56,130 nt of DNA from a virus (lineage: Duplodnaviria; Caudoviricetes): positions 1 through 56,130 of IMG/VR virus record IMGVR_UViG_3300020165_000025; one strand, written 5' to 3'. The position numbers and the translations under genes are program-made. The notes under the pieces are model-generated. The model was given only the letters and a program-made list of their open reading frames with translations, made no database searches and was not told where the DNA came from. This document shows, piece after piece, positions 37,456-47,158 of this stretch (the first letter of the stretch is position 1; every line of letters starts with the position of its first letter).

Positions 37456-37536
37456 AATTATGTTTTTTTTGGGAAAAATTATCTTTTCACTGGATTTACC
37501 CCTTGACATTGGTCGATAATATAGTATAATGAAAGA

Positions 37537-37623
37537 GTTCCAACGATGGTTCGCTGACCTTTCCAAAGGTCGTAAGGGCTGAGTAAGTCAGTGGGTTCGA
37601 TTCCCACATTGGTTCCTTTTTTT
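37537..37623 (+). ncRNA. Promoter-driven tRNA-like small RNA
   Basis: Perfect T arm GTGGG-TTCGATT-CCCAC, CCAA/TTGG closure, two inner hairpins, T7 tail. Confidence 0.6.
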
Positions 37624-37717
37624 AAGTTTTTAAGGTTTACCCCCTTGACTTTTGCCGTGTGTATGGTATAATTGTGGTATAACCTGTTAGTTTCCCGATC
37701 TTGAAAGGATCAATCTT

Positions 37718-38644
37718 ATGAGCAATGTTCAAAACATTTCCACCGTTTCCGCTTCTGTCCGTTCAGCTTTCGACTTTGATGTTGACAAGTTCCCGCTATT
37801 CGGGCCGGACAATATGAAAACTGACCAATATGGTCTGTTTCGTTCCGACACTGGCTACATCGAGGGCGTTAAGTCGATTAGCGGTCGATACGTTCCTCAC
37901 TCCACCGATGACGTTTGTGCATTGGTCGAGGCAGCTTCCACCATGTTTGATGGTGACGTTACCTGCAAAACCCATTGGAATCGCGGTCATTACGTTTCTA
38001 TTCAGCCTACCGATGAGCATCGTCGTGCTATTCATGGCAAGAATGATAACATTTTCCCGCGTGTAATTATTCGCGGTGGATTTGACGGCAAAGGTTTCCA
38101 CGGTACTATGGGATATTTCCGTGATGCGTGCAGCAATCTCGCAATGATGCGAAAAGTCGCAGGCACTTGCGTTTCGATTCGTCACACTTCTGGTTTGCGT
38201 GATCGAATGAATTTCCTTGTTGATACTTTTGGCGAATTGTCAGAAGGTTGGGAGAATCTTGTTTCTGTTGCTACTGCGATGGAATCCAAGAACGTTAACC
38301 TTGACAATTTCCTTGGTAGTCTGTTTGCCGATAAAGCACCAACGGAAGCGGAATTTCAAGCCGCTGATGATGGTGACAAGGTTCGAAAAGTGACCAGCTA
38401 CAATGATCGAATCGAAGCGATCACCAAGAGGGTTGTTGGCGAACGTGCCAAGACTGGCCGCGTAGCATTGGAAAAAGACGCACCGAAGATTGTTTCCGCT
38501 TGGGAAATGTTCAACGCTGTGCAGGGTTATTACCAGCATGACGCACAAGCGAAAAAGGGCTTCAAGTCTGATTTCGCTCGCATCCTTCGAAGTGCGAATG
38601 AGCGTTACGTGCATCAGGCTGAAAACCTGCTGCTTGCTGCTTAG
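37718..38644 (+). CDS. DUF932-like protein
   Basis: RSDT....G...S.RY.P, FR.ACSN, IRHT and W..FNAV..Y..H motifs. Confidence 0.75.
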   Translation: MSNVQNISTVSASVRSAFDFDVDKFPLFGPDNMKTDQYGLFRSDTGYIEGVKSISGRYVPHSTDDVCALVEAASTMFDGDVTCKTHWNRGHYVSIQPTDEHRRAIHGKNDNIFPRVIIRGGFDGKGFHGTMGYFRDACSNLAMMRKVAGTCVSIRHTSGLRDRMNFLVDTFGELSEGWENLVSVATAMESKNVNLDNFLGSLFADKAPTEAEFQAADDGDKVRKVTSYNDRIEAITKRVVGERAKTGRVALEKDAPKIVSAWEMFNAVQGYYQHDAQAKKGFKSDFARILRSANERYVHQAENLLLAA

Positions 38645-38661
38645 AGGTATCCTTTCGAGAT

Positions 38662-38693
38662 GCCATCGCCTCACCGTGAGGCGGTGGCTTTTT
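38662..38693 (+). terminator. Intrinsic terminator
   Basis: GCCATCGCCTCA/TGAGGCGGTGGC followed by TTTTT. Confidence 0.85.
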
Positions 38694-38847
38694 GTCTTCC
38701 TCTAAATAGGTGTACAGATGTGAGCCAATTTATAATTCTATTATGTTCACTTGCCATTTTGCATTGGGTTGCGGAAGATTGGTAAGATACCTCGACGGTC
38801 ACTATGTGGCCGTTTTTTTTTGCTTTTTTTTAAAATTAAATAGATTT

Positions 38848-38880
38848 GACGTAAGTCCTTTAATACCAAGGGGTTACGTC
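38848..38880. repeat. Palindromic element (single, last copy)
   Basis: gacgtaagtcctt-taatacc-aaggggttacgtc. Confidence 0.85.
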
Positions 38881-38965
38881 GCCGCTGGCCGCAAACCGCA
38901 TACCAACGTAATATACCCATATATAAATATGCACACACATATGTATTAGCTTAACTAATAATATA

Positions 38966-39037
38966 CGCCACGATAGCCACAGTCAGCGAAAATGTCGCAT
39001 CTTATCTAAACACATCGCCACGATAGCCACAGTCAGC
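38966..39037 (+). repeat. 22-bp direct repeat CGCCACGATAGCCACAGTCAGC x2 (50-bp period)
   Basis: 38966 and 39016; core AGTCAGCGAAA recurs at 39192 and 39500. Confidence 0.85.
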
Positions 39038-39220
39038 CAAAATTTAATAATATTTACATAAACATATTTCGATAACGGGAAAATAAAGACACAAATATTC
39101 TAAAGTTCCCCCTTGACAAATGTCGATATATAATGTATAATAAGTAGTGCGGCTGTCTTTTGTTAACTACAAAGGTCGCACGATAACGTATAGTCAGCGA
39201 AAAAAGGAGATTATTTATTT

Positions 39221-39457
39221 ATGAATACTAACGAGAACACTAATGAGAATAATACATGGTATTGTTGTGACCCTTGTGCAATTATAGTTATATTATTATC
39301 TAGCTTTCCGTCAAAGTTTTGTATGGAGCCGGGCGAACTGAACATGATGCTACATACTCTTGATAATCATGGTTGGCTCGACGAGGATGGAAAGATGGAT
39401 TTGCCCGCAGCGTCAAAAGAACTTGCCCGCGCCAAAAAGCTGTCTCAGCAGAACTAG
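39221..39457 (+). CDS. Hypothetical protein
   Basis: AAGGAG upstream, own promoter. Confidence 0.55.
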   Translation: MNTNENTNENNTWYCCDPCAIIVILLSSFPSKFCMEPGELNMMLHTLDNHGWLDEDGKMDLPAASKELARAKKLSQQN

Positions 39458-39920
39458 GTCACAGATCACCTAAACCATTAAGGTCGTCAACATGCGTACA
39501 GTCAGCGAAATACACGATTATAGATTAGATAATACATGTATATGTGTCTATATTCCCCCCTATACACATCGCCGAAATACACACTTTTATGCTTCTTTTG
39601 TATCATTTTTACACGCTTTTTTACGTGTTTTTATGTTTTTATACGCTTATTGTGGGGGAACGAGGTTGAAAACATAATATAAAACAACAACAAAATAACC
39701 CTATTGTAAGTATACTCTTTATTGTATTATTATAACATTGTAATATTGTTAAGTTTTTTACGGGGTTTAACTAACATGAGTCATATTTAAATCTCTCTAA
39801 AGTGTATAATATATTGAATGATCTTTTGATTGTAAGTTCGTTGATAATTTCATTTTTTTTATTTAAGATGGTTGTAAAACTCATTTTAAAAACAAATAAT
39901 AACAAATAGGAGAGAAAAAT

Positions 39921-40169
39921 ATGTCAGAAATGAACAATGATGAAATCAGAGAAGATATGACTCCGGTAATCGAAGAATTAGAAAGGCAGGGCGTAAATTT
40001 TAATACTAAAGAGGGCGAGTATGTTGGATTGGGAGATGTTGTTCAATCGACCTTGGAGGCGTTTGGAATCACGGAAGAAAGGTTCAAACAATGGTTTAAT
40101 TTAAAAGAGTGCAATTGTGCTAAAAGAAAGAAGTGGTTAAATAACTTGTTCTCATGGAGAAAAAAATAG
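39921..40169 (+). CDS. Conserved small protein (GLGD.V...GI...C.C..R...LN)
   Basis: AGGAG RBS; GTGTATAAT at 39802. Confidence 0.75.
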   Translation: MSEMNNDEIREDMTPVIEELERQGVNFNTKEGEYVGLGDVVQSTLEAFGITEERFKQWFNLKECNCAKRKKWLNNLFSWRKK

Positions 40170-40256
40170 TTGAATAAATTCTAAAGAAACCCCTTGACAA
40201 TGACGATAAATATAGTATAATAGAGTCATACGACAGACTAACCATAGGAGATTGCG

Positions 40257-40484
40257 ATGCGGAATTTTGAAACAGGCGAAGGTATGAACATGGCTTACAA
40301 GTTGATGTGTAACAGGAACATCAGCAAGGACGAACTCAAGTATCTTTTGTTTATGGCTTTATCAGAATTGTCATGGGCAACTGCCGAAGAAACTGTCGGG
40401 CAGTTTGACGAGCAGGAATGTTTTAACATGGACGATATGTTGGAATGTCTTTGTGACCAACTACAGATTTCCACAGGAGAATGA
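40257..40484 (+). CDS. Hypothetical protein
   Basis: AGGAG RBS, own promoter. Confidence 0.7.
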   Translation: MRNFETGEGMNMAYKLMCNRNISKDELKYLLFMALSELSWATAEETVGQFDEQECFNMDDMLECLCDQLQISTGE

Positions 40485-40693
40485 CGATGAGTAATAATCT
40501 GCAAATGGACTTGTTTGACAATAAGATTTACTACTATGATCTTATCAGTGACCTTGCCAATCTTGGATCACTTCGTGACACCTTGAAAGTAGGAGAAACA
40601 TTTGACCACAACGACAAGACCTACGAGATTCTCGAACGAGAAGATTTTAACCAATGTTTTGTGATTCAGGAAGTTGTAAACGATGATGTTTAA
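40481..40693 (+). CDS. Hypothetical protein
   Basis: AGGAG RBS; overlap-coupled. Confidence 0.65.
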   Translation: MTMSNNLQMDLFDNKIYYYDLISDLANLGSLRDTLKVGETFDHNDKTYEILEREDFNQCFVIQEVVNDDV

Positions 40694-40794
40694 ATACTAT
40701 TTTATGATACTATTTTATTGTATGGCATGTTGGGTATTGATGTGGGCTTTTCTTACCCCATCTTCGCCTAACAAATCAAACACAGATTACAGAA

Positions 40795-41013
40795 ATGAGG
40801 ATTGGAATGAGTAGAGTTAACCATTGTGCAGATGAAGGTTGGGCAGAAACAAAGATCAACGAGAATAAAAAGTTAGAAGAAAAGGTTATTCGCTATGCTT
40901 TAGTGTATTTCCATGCAAATTGGGAGGAGGCAGATGCGGAAGATTTAGAGATTGATGAATTAGTTTTGGATAACACGTTGAAAAGGTTGATTAAACAAAG
41001 GACAGAAAAATGA
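40795..41013 (+). CDS. Hypothetical protein
   Basis: ORF in a dense operon. Confidence 0.6.
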   Translation: MRIGMSRVNHCADEGWAETKINENKKLEEKVIRYALVYFHANWEEADAEDLEIDELVLDNTLKRLIKQRTEK

Positions 41014-41186
41014 CTAACAAAGAATTTATGGAAAAAGTCTATCGGAAGGTTTGTGGATATGAGATTACTCTCTGTTCTCCCAAAGAACGCAAACACAGGC
41101 TTTATCAATGCTGGAAGAATCTTGAAAGCCAGATCGAATCGGGACGAAAATGGGATAACCTCATGGAGATGATACATGACGAGTAA
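41010..41186 (+). CDS. 58-aa hypothetical protein
   Basis: AAGGA RBS; ATGA coupling. Confidence 0.55.
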   Translation: MTNKEFMEKVYRKVCGYEITLCSPKERKHRLYQCWKNLESQIESGRKWDNLMEMIHDE

Positions 41187-41520
41187 TACTGCCAAAGATT
41201 TATCGGACACGATCTTCATGGTTCTGTTTTCTGCGTTAATCGCTGGAATTTTGATTAGCTGTGGCGTGGCGTGGGAAAGGAATTACCAACACAGAGTATT
41301 GGAACGTGCGAGATTTATTGAGAAAGAGAGGAATGAAATGAAAGAATCAGAATTGTTAAAGAAGTTAATCACAATGGAAGAAATGCACAGAAAAGCAAGA
41401 GCGTTTGACGCTATCGTGCAAGAGTGCCAAGCCAATCCCACCAAGTCGAGAAAGTGGGTGTTATCATTGATGAAAAGAAATTTGGCAAAAACTTCAAAGA
41501 AAACTAAAGAAACCAATTGA
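41176..41520 (+). CDS. Hypothetical protein with N-terminal TM
   Basis: GGAG RBS; hydrophobic segment. Confidence 0.6.
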   Translation: MTSNTAKDLSDTIFMVLFSALIAGILISCGVAWERNYQHRVLERARFIEKERNEMKESELLKKLITMEEMHRKARAFDAIVQECQANPTKSRKWVLSLMKRNLAKTSKKTKETN

Positions 41521-41579
41521 CATTGACGATATGTATTTTACAATGGCATTAAACACCACTAACCGAAAACGAGGAAACT

Positions 41580-41756
41580 ATGAGCGACCCTTTGACCAAA
41601 AAAATTGAACTAGGTGGCAGCAATATGTCACAAAAAGATAGTGACGATGTAGGGGAAATTATCTACGAGGCATTGCTGGAGAAAGGAATTTTCACCGATG
41701 GTTTTAGTTGGGCGATTAACGTAGAGTATCTTGAATCGGAGGATGAAGATGAATGA
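41580..41756 (+). CDS. 58-aa acidic protein
   Basis: GAGGA RBS, own promoter. Confidence 0.55.
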   Translation: MSDPLTKKIELGGSNMSQKDSDDVGEIIYEALLEKGIFTDGFSWAINVEYLESEDEDE

Positions 41757-41982
41757 CGACCCGCTAGATACCTTTCTAAAATACGTAGAAATTGATAATG
41801 TTATTAAATTATTAACAGAGGCAATGAACTCCCCTATCTTAACAAATAACATTGTTGATGATATTAACGTAGTAATCGCGTCTATAAAGGATTATTATGA
41901 TAGCGATATGATCCATCGGATGAGAGACGTGATCGAATCTCACGATCAAGATTTTGATAGAAATTCTCAAGAAACCCCTTGA
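41749..41982 (+). CDS. Hypothetical protein
   Basis: GGAGGA RBS. Confidence 0.6.
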   Translation: MNDDPLDTFLKYVEIDNVIKLLTEAMNSPILTNNIVDDINVVIASIKDYYDSDMIHRMRDVIESHDQDFDRNSQETP

Positions 41983-42048
41983 CAATGCCGATACCTATGG
42001 TATAATAGAGTCGTACAATCAACCAACCACTTTAAGGAAATTAGCTTT

Positions 42049-44169
42049 ATGAAAATGCAGCAAGAGTCACAGAACGTAGTAGTAAACGGATCATTCGAAA
42101 CCAGTGAATTTGCTACTGGTGATATTTCTTTTCTTGTAGATATGATGTCTGATTATATCTACACCAATAAAGAGCGAGCGATTTTGCGTGAGATTAGCGT
42201 AAACGGTCACGATGCTCAAGTGCGGGCAGGAACCGAGCATATTCCAATCGAGGTGCGTATTCCTACTGTGCTAGACAATACGGTATCCTTCCGAGACTCT
42301 GGTGCTGGACTGTCTGACGCTGGTATTCGAGGTACGTTTTGCGGCATCGGAATCAGCGATAAGCGTGACTCTGACACAGAAACAGGTTGTTTTGGTGTAG
42401 GTACTTTGTCTCCATACTCATTGTGTGATAGTTTTAGTGTAACAAGTTATCACGGCGATACTGTGATCGACTACCTATGTTACCGTGACGAGAGTAGACG
42501 ACCTCAAGTATCCGAGCTAACTCGTAGAGAGCGTAACAAGGACGACCATGATGACCGGACTGGACTGCTCATCAGTATGACCGTGAAGGACAAGGTTAAA
42601 GAGTTTCGCAAGGAAGCTGCCCATGTTTACAAGCATTGGCGAGGTACGACTGTAGACCTTTCTGCACAAAATGTTCTAGAGGACATAGAGGCGGCTAACA
42701 AGAAAATCATTATCGAGAACGACGACTGTATGATCTCTAGCAGTGGCGATTCCGATGATTTTATGTCAGCGTTCCAAGGTAACATCTGTTACGAGATTCC
42801 AAGTTTCGACTGGAGCAGTGTAGGTGAAGATTTACCTGTAACCGCATACCAGTGTGAACGGTTCCTACGTTGTTTTGGTCTGTTAAAGTTTTGTGTCAAA
42901 GAGGATGCGTTGTCATTCGATGTTTCTCGCGAAAAGTTAGAGAACAAGCCAGAAAACATGCTCAAGATCAAAAAGAAGATGGCAAAAGTTATTGCACAGT
43001 TGAACAAGAACGTCATTAAATTGATCGAAGAAGGTGAGACTCCGCTTGATCGTGCGAAAAAGGCTTGGAATTTAGGTTGTGGGGAACTTGGTAGAATTGT
43101 CAAGCAGGACAAGGAAATGGATGCTGTCCTACGCAAATACGAGTTAAAAACCGAGGAACCTCATACCGTGTGGAGTTCTCGTTATCGAGGTAGCGACAAG
43201 TCTGAAAGAACAACGGTTGAGTTGGAAGGGGGACGGGTCAAAGTAAAATACGCATTGGCAAAACCTCGTATGACAACAAGGATCAAGAATTACCTAAAGG
43301 ATAAACGTACTGGTGAATCCATTGTTATTTTTAATGATAAAGAGCAACAGCAACAAGCACAGATTCCCGACTCAGAATTGTTTGACCTTGAAGATTTGCC
43401 AAAGGTTGTTCGCAGTTCAAGCCGTGGAATATCATCGTCAGGCAATGTTTACAGTACCTACAAGACGTTCGAGGTTGATAAGACGCAAACTGGTTGGAAT
43501 GAAAAGAACTACTTTAAGGAATGTGAATTGTCAGTCGAGGAAGGCAGTACCGAACCTATTTATTATGTTGAGATCAATCGTTACGAAATAGTGCGTCAGG
43601 TCTATGGGGACGGGAGGAACGATGCACAGGTGCTTGGTAAAATTTTGCGTCAAGCAGAATCACAAGGATACGATGTTCCAAAGGTTTACGCTCTTAAAAG
43701 TTCGTTTCTTAATTCTAGAAAGTTTAAGAAGCATAAATTTGTGCCGCTTACTGAGTGGATCAAGAATGTTGTACTGCCTGATCTACCAGAATCAAAACGA
43801 TTGCCATGCGAATATCACGATCAGGACATCAAACAATTGTTATCATGCGTAAAACATGAAGGGATTGAACAGTTTGCTAGAGAGTTTTGGGTCAAACTAG
43901 GTTCAGCTTTACACTTCCATGTTCAAGTATGGTTAGGTGGAACCAACATGGGTGATAAAGTGTTGCTGACAGCGAGCGACTCGGATACACACTGGGACAA
44001 GGCGACAAGTATGTATGGACTTCTAGAGTGTATTTCGTGTTACAACTTTAACAATAATAAGGGCGAGTTAGCTAAATACTTAGGAGGAACTGTTATCGAG
44101 GACGAGACTAAGTTATCATGGACTGCTCGCAAGAAAGAAATTATCAAAAATGTTAAAGTTACCGCTTGA
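42049..44169 (+). CDS. rIIA: rIIA-like protein (N-terminal GHKL ATPase)
   Basis: IY.NK.RA.LRE...N..DA, RD.G.GLS, G.FGVG, SRE.L; rIIB-like gene nearby. Confidence 0.8.
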   Translation: MKMQQESQNVVVNGSFETSEFATGDISFLVDMMSDYIYTNKERAILREISVNGHDAQVRAGTEHIPIEVRIPTVLDNTVSFRDSGAGLSDAGIRGTFCGIGISDKRDSDTETGCFGVGTLSPYSLCDSFSVTSYHGDTVIDYLCYRDESRRPQVSELTRRERNKDDHDDRTGLLISMTVKDKVKEFRKEAAHVYKHWRGTTVDLSAQNVLEDIEAANKKIIIENDDCMISSSGDSDDFMSAFQGNICYEIPSFDWSSVGEDLPVTAYQCERFLRCFGLLKFCVKEDALSFDVSREKLENKPENMLKIKKKMAKVIAQLNKNVIKLIEEGETPLDRAKKAWNLGCGELGRIVKQDKEMDAVLRKYELKTEEPHTVWSSRYRGSDKSERTTVELEGGRVKVKYALAKPRMTTRIKNYLKDKRTGESIVIFNDKEQQQQAQIPDSELFDLEDLPKVVRSSSRGISSSGNVYSTYKTFEVDKTQTGWNEKNYFKECELSVEEGSTEPIYYVEINRYEIVRQVYGDGRNDAQVLGKILRQAESQGYDVPKVYALKSSFLNSRKFKKHKFVPLTEWIKNVVLPDLPESKRLPCEYHDQDIKQLLSCVKHEGIEQFAREFWVKLGSALHFHVQVWLGGTNMGDKVLLTASDSDTHWDKATSMYGLLECISCYNFNNNKGELAKYLGGTVIEDETKLSWTARKKEIIKNVKVTA

Positions 44170-44242
44170 CATTGACGATACTTATGTTATAATGGGGGTA
44201 TGATTCGCTCTGCCCCATATTTTCAACCACAGGAGATTAACT

Positions 44243-44641
44243 ATGCCACCTATGAAAACTAAAAGAGCAAAAAAAACAAAGGAATTCACACCAACACCTC
44301 CGAAACCCCCTGTTCCATCAATCCCTCGTGATATTTTGATGGAGTTTTTGGAAGAAAAAATCCAAATCTCAAACGTGAAAGATATTGCAAAGATCAATGA
44401 TGGTTTTGCGTATGAAAAAAATGGGATTGAAAGATATAGAATTGACGTGTGGATAGGCAAGACTGTACCCAATAAGTTTTGCCGAGAGTTTAATATTGAG
44501 TATTCGTTTTGGGTTCACTACGATCAAGCAAAAATTACTGACAAAACTTTAGGTCAAACAAAGAAAGATGATAAAAACAAAATAAAGAAACTTGAGGGCA
44601 TTGCAGATAGCAATGTGCGAGTTGGAAAGTCACCTTGGTAG
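44243..44641 (+). CDS. Hypothetical protein
   Basis: AGGAG RBS, own promoter. Confidence 0.7.
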   Translation: MPPMKTKRAKKTKEFTPTPPKPPVPSIPRDILMEFLEEKIQISNVKDIAKINDGFAYEKNGIERYRIDVWIGKTVPNKFCREFNIEYSFWVHYDQAKITDKTLGQTKKDDKNKIKKLEGIADSNVRVGKSPW

Positions 44642-44650
44642 GAGAATAAA

Positions 44651-44848
44651 ATGAAAAACCCAACAATACTTATTGATGTAGACTCAGACGGAACTATTCA
44701 AGTTTACTGGCACGATACCGAAGAATCAGGGCGAGTAGCACCAGAAATTTCTGTAGTTTATCCATACGATCGAGGGGTCGGTAGTGCGTGGGTCGATGAC
44801 CACGATAGCATGATCCGAGCCGAATGGGGGACGGAGCAAATTTTCTAA
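44651..44848 (+). CDS. Hypothetical protein
   Basis: AGGAG RBS. Confidence 0.65.
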   Translation: MKNPTILIDVDSDGTIQVYWHDTEESGRVAPEISVVYPYDRGVGSAWVDDHDSMIRAEWGTEQIF

Positions 44849-44935
44849 AAAAAATTAAATTACCCCTTGACATTTGCCGATAATAGACTATAATAGAGTA
44901 GTCAAAACATTTTCACTTTAGCCACAGGAATAACT

Positions 44936-45784
44936 ATGTCTTTACCACACATTCAAAACAACGATTCTTCTTACACTGTCATTGTAGACAACAAGCCAGT
45001 CAAATTTGACGCTACGCACCCATCTTTCATTGGGTTGGTCGAGTGCGTCGAGGCGGGTGATGCTACTGAGTTCCAGAAACTCATAGATACTGGTAGTGTT
45101 ATCGAAGATTGGAGCGACAACGAGTTCGAGTATCGTGAGGGCGAACTTTACTACGAGGGCGAACAAGTCGCACCTGAGCCAGTAGATCGTATTGTCAGAT
45201 GCCTCAAGGGTGGATTGTCTGCTGCACCTACGCTCAACTACTTGCGTAACATCTACGAAAACGTAAGTTCTAGGGCAATCAACCAAGGTTTCAACTGGTG
45301 TCAGCACAAGGGTATCGCCATCACCGAGGAAGGTCTGCTTGTAGGCTACAAAGGTGTAAAAGCCTATGGTGGCGAAATAAATACTGTAGACAAGATGGGT
45401 AACACTATCACCAAGGGTGATCTTGTTGACATATACACGGGAAATAGTTTCCGTAACAACATCGGTGACAAGCCAAGCATGAAGCGTAGGCAAGTCTGTG
45501 ATGACCATACTCAAGGTTGCTCTGCCGGTCTGCATGTCGGCACTTACGACTATGCTTGCAACTGGGCAGGTTCCGGTGGGATTGTTGTTCTGGTAACTTT
45601 TAACCCTAAAGACATTGTTAGCGTTCCAAGCGACTGTGACTTCCAGAAGATTCGCGTATCAGATTACGAGGTGTTGCAGATTGCCCGTGAGGAAATCGAA
45701 GATATCGTATTCGAATCAGAGGACGAGGACTTTGACGAGTACGATCTAGCTATCGACGAGTTCGATGACGATTACGATCTTTAA
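44936..45784 (+). CDS. rIIB: rIIB-like protein
   Basis: IT..G.L.GYK.V, M.R..V.DD....CS.GLHVG..YA, NPKD.VSVP.D....K.RV..Y. Confidence 0.85.
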   Translation: MSLPHIQNNDSSYTVIVDNKPVKFDATHPSFIGLVECVEAGDATEFQKLIDTGSVIEDWSDNEFEYREGELYYEGEQVAPEPVDRIVRCLKGGLSAAPTLNYLRNIYENVSSRAINQGFNWCQHKGIAITEEGLLVGYKGVKAYGGEINTVDKMGNTITKGDLVDIYTGNSFRNNIGDKPSMKRRQVCDDHTQGCSAGLHVGTYDYACNWAGSGGIVVLVTFNPKDIVSVPSDCDFQKIRVSDYEVLQIAREEIEDIVFESEDEDFDEYDLAIDEFDDDYDL

Positions 45785-45850
45785 TTCACTGTGGTTGGTG
45801 ATGAGGGGTATGATTCGCTCTGCCCCTTTTTCTTTGGTTTAGGAGATAAT

Positions 45851-46063
45851 ATGGACAAGAATGAGTTTACAAAAGGTTGGGATGGGAATTGGTATCACGA
45901 CCTCGGAATTGTAGGGGCAACTGGTTGTAGGATGCCCTTCTCTCATAGTAAAGAGTTGATCGAGCGAGAGAGTTCAGATTATTATCCCTATAGCTACATT
46001 GAGGATGATGATGAACCCTTGAGTATTGATAGTGCCAGTTTAGCGGATTGGGATTGGGAATAG
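45851..46063 (+). CDS. Hypothetical acidic protein
   Basis: AGGAG RBS. Confidence 0.6.
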   Translation: MDKNEFTKGWDGNWYHDLGIVGATGCRMPFSHSKELIERESSDYYPYSYIEDDDEPLSIDSASLADWDWE

Positions 46064-46137
46064 TGTATAATCATAGGTAAGGATCATGGATAACGTAAGG
46101 AAGTCTATGACACGTCTTGTCTTTAGGTCATATACTT

Positions 46138-46521
46138 ATGTTTTCACTGTCAATTTTAAAAAGTAGAGCAGCATGTTTGTTGATGTCGTTCTTATCTGGA
46201 CTAATTTCTGTCTACGACAATGTAATGAACGTGGTTTATTTCGAGTCTTTAGAAATCAATGAGCAAAATCCTGTAGCGTCAATGATTATAGGTGCGGTCG
46301 GAGTTGAAGGGTTAGTTATTATAAAGGGGGTTACAACTATACTTGCTGTTCTAGCTATGTGTGTACTTAGTTTTACTAAGCTAAGAATAGTTATACCTTT
46401 TGTTTTTGCTTTCCAGCTATTACTGTTTGTTTATCTGAGTTTTTACACTCCTGTAGGAATGTTCGAAACCCACGATTTATTTTTGGCTATACGTCAATTT
46501 TTTGAGTTTTATTTAAAATGA
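46138..46521 (+). CDS. Membrane protein (DUF5658-like, E.NP motif)
   Basis: Several TM segments; D...E.NP...K pattern; GTGTATAAT at 46063. Confidence 0.65.
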   Translation: MFSLSILKSRAACLLMSFLSGLISVYDNVMNVVYFESLEINEQNPVASMIIGAVGVEGLVIIKGVTTILAVLAMCVLSFTKLRIVIPFVFAFQLLLFVYLSFYTPVGMFETHDLFLAIRQFFEFYLK

Positions 46522-46698
46522 AAAAACTTTTGCTTTTTAAGTTTTTCGGGTTAATTTTGTGGCTGATTTTTATGCTACACATTGACTTTATGATTAAATT
46601 TTTATGCTGGTTGTCTAATTGAGTATTATCTTATCTAGCACAATCGGCACAGTCTTGATGGTCAGGGCTGTTGGTATCTTTTAAAAAGGAGAATTTAG

Positions 46699-47016
46699 AT
46701 GAAGGGAATTTTTGCTGTTGCCATTCTTGTTTTTGCGATGGTTGCACCAAGCGTGTCTGATGCGGCTTGTAAAACGCCTGTTCGTTGTACTGTTAAGCGT
46801 GCTTACTGTAAAATGGTTTGCGATCAACCAGTCAGAACTGCGACGAAGGCAATGTTTAAAGAGTCGTGTTGTGTTTTGAAGTGTTCTCGGTGTGCAGTTC
46901 AGGACGCTGTAAAAAAATCGAAAGAGACTGTAAAGAGTGCTGTCAAAGATACTCGATGCGCAGTTAAGGGTATGATGCAGCGGACTCGCTCTCGCATGTT
47001 AAGTTGTTGTGAGTAA
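46699..47016 (+). CDS. Secreted Cys/Lys-rich small protein
   Basis: Signal peptide; PVR repeats; AAGGAG RBS. Confidence 0.7.
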   Translation: MKGIFAVAILVFAMVAPSVSDAACKTPVRCTVKRAYCKMVCDQPVRTATKAMFKESCCVLKCSRCAVQDAVKKSKETVKSAVKDTRCAVKGMMQRTRSRMLSCCE

Positions 47017-47041
47017 AAATTAACAACCAATACCCGATGAA

Positions 47042-47073
47042 AGTCAGGATCGAAAGATTCTGGCTTTTTTTTT
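47042..47073 (+). terminator. Intrinsic terminator
   Basis: AGTCAGGATC-GAAA-GATTCTGGCT followed by a T run. Confidence 0.85.
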
Positions 47074-47158
47074 GGAATTTTCTAAAGATACCTATTGACA
47101 TTTCCGATATGTATGGTATAATGGTATTGTATCGCCAACTAAGCACAGGAGAATTATT

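Noticed and set aside
24646-38880. CRISPR or TIGR array reading of the palindromes
   Set aside because: Copies are degenerate, occur as singles or pairs about 1.5 kb apart, and have low-complexity GC linkers. No cas- or Tas-like gene is visible.
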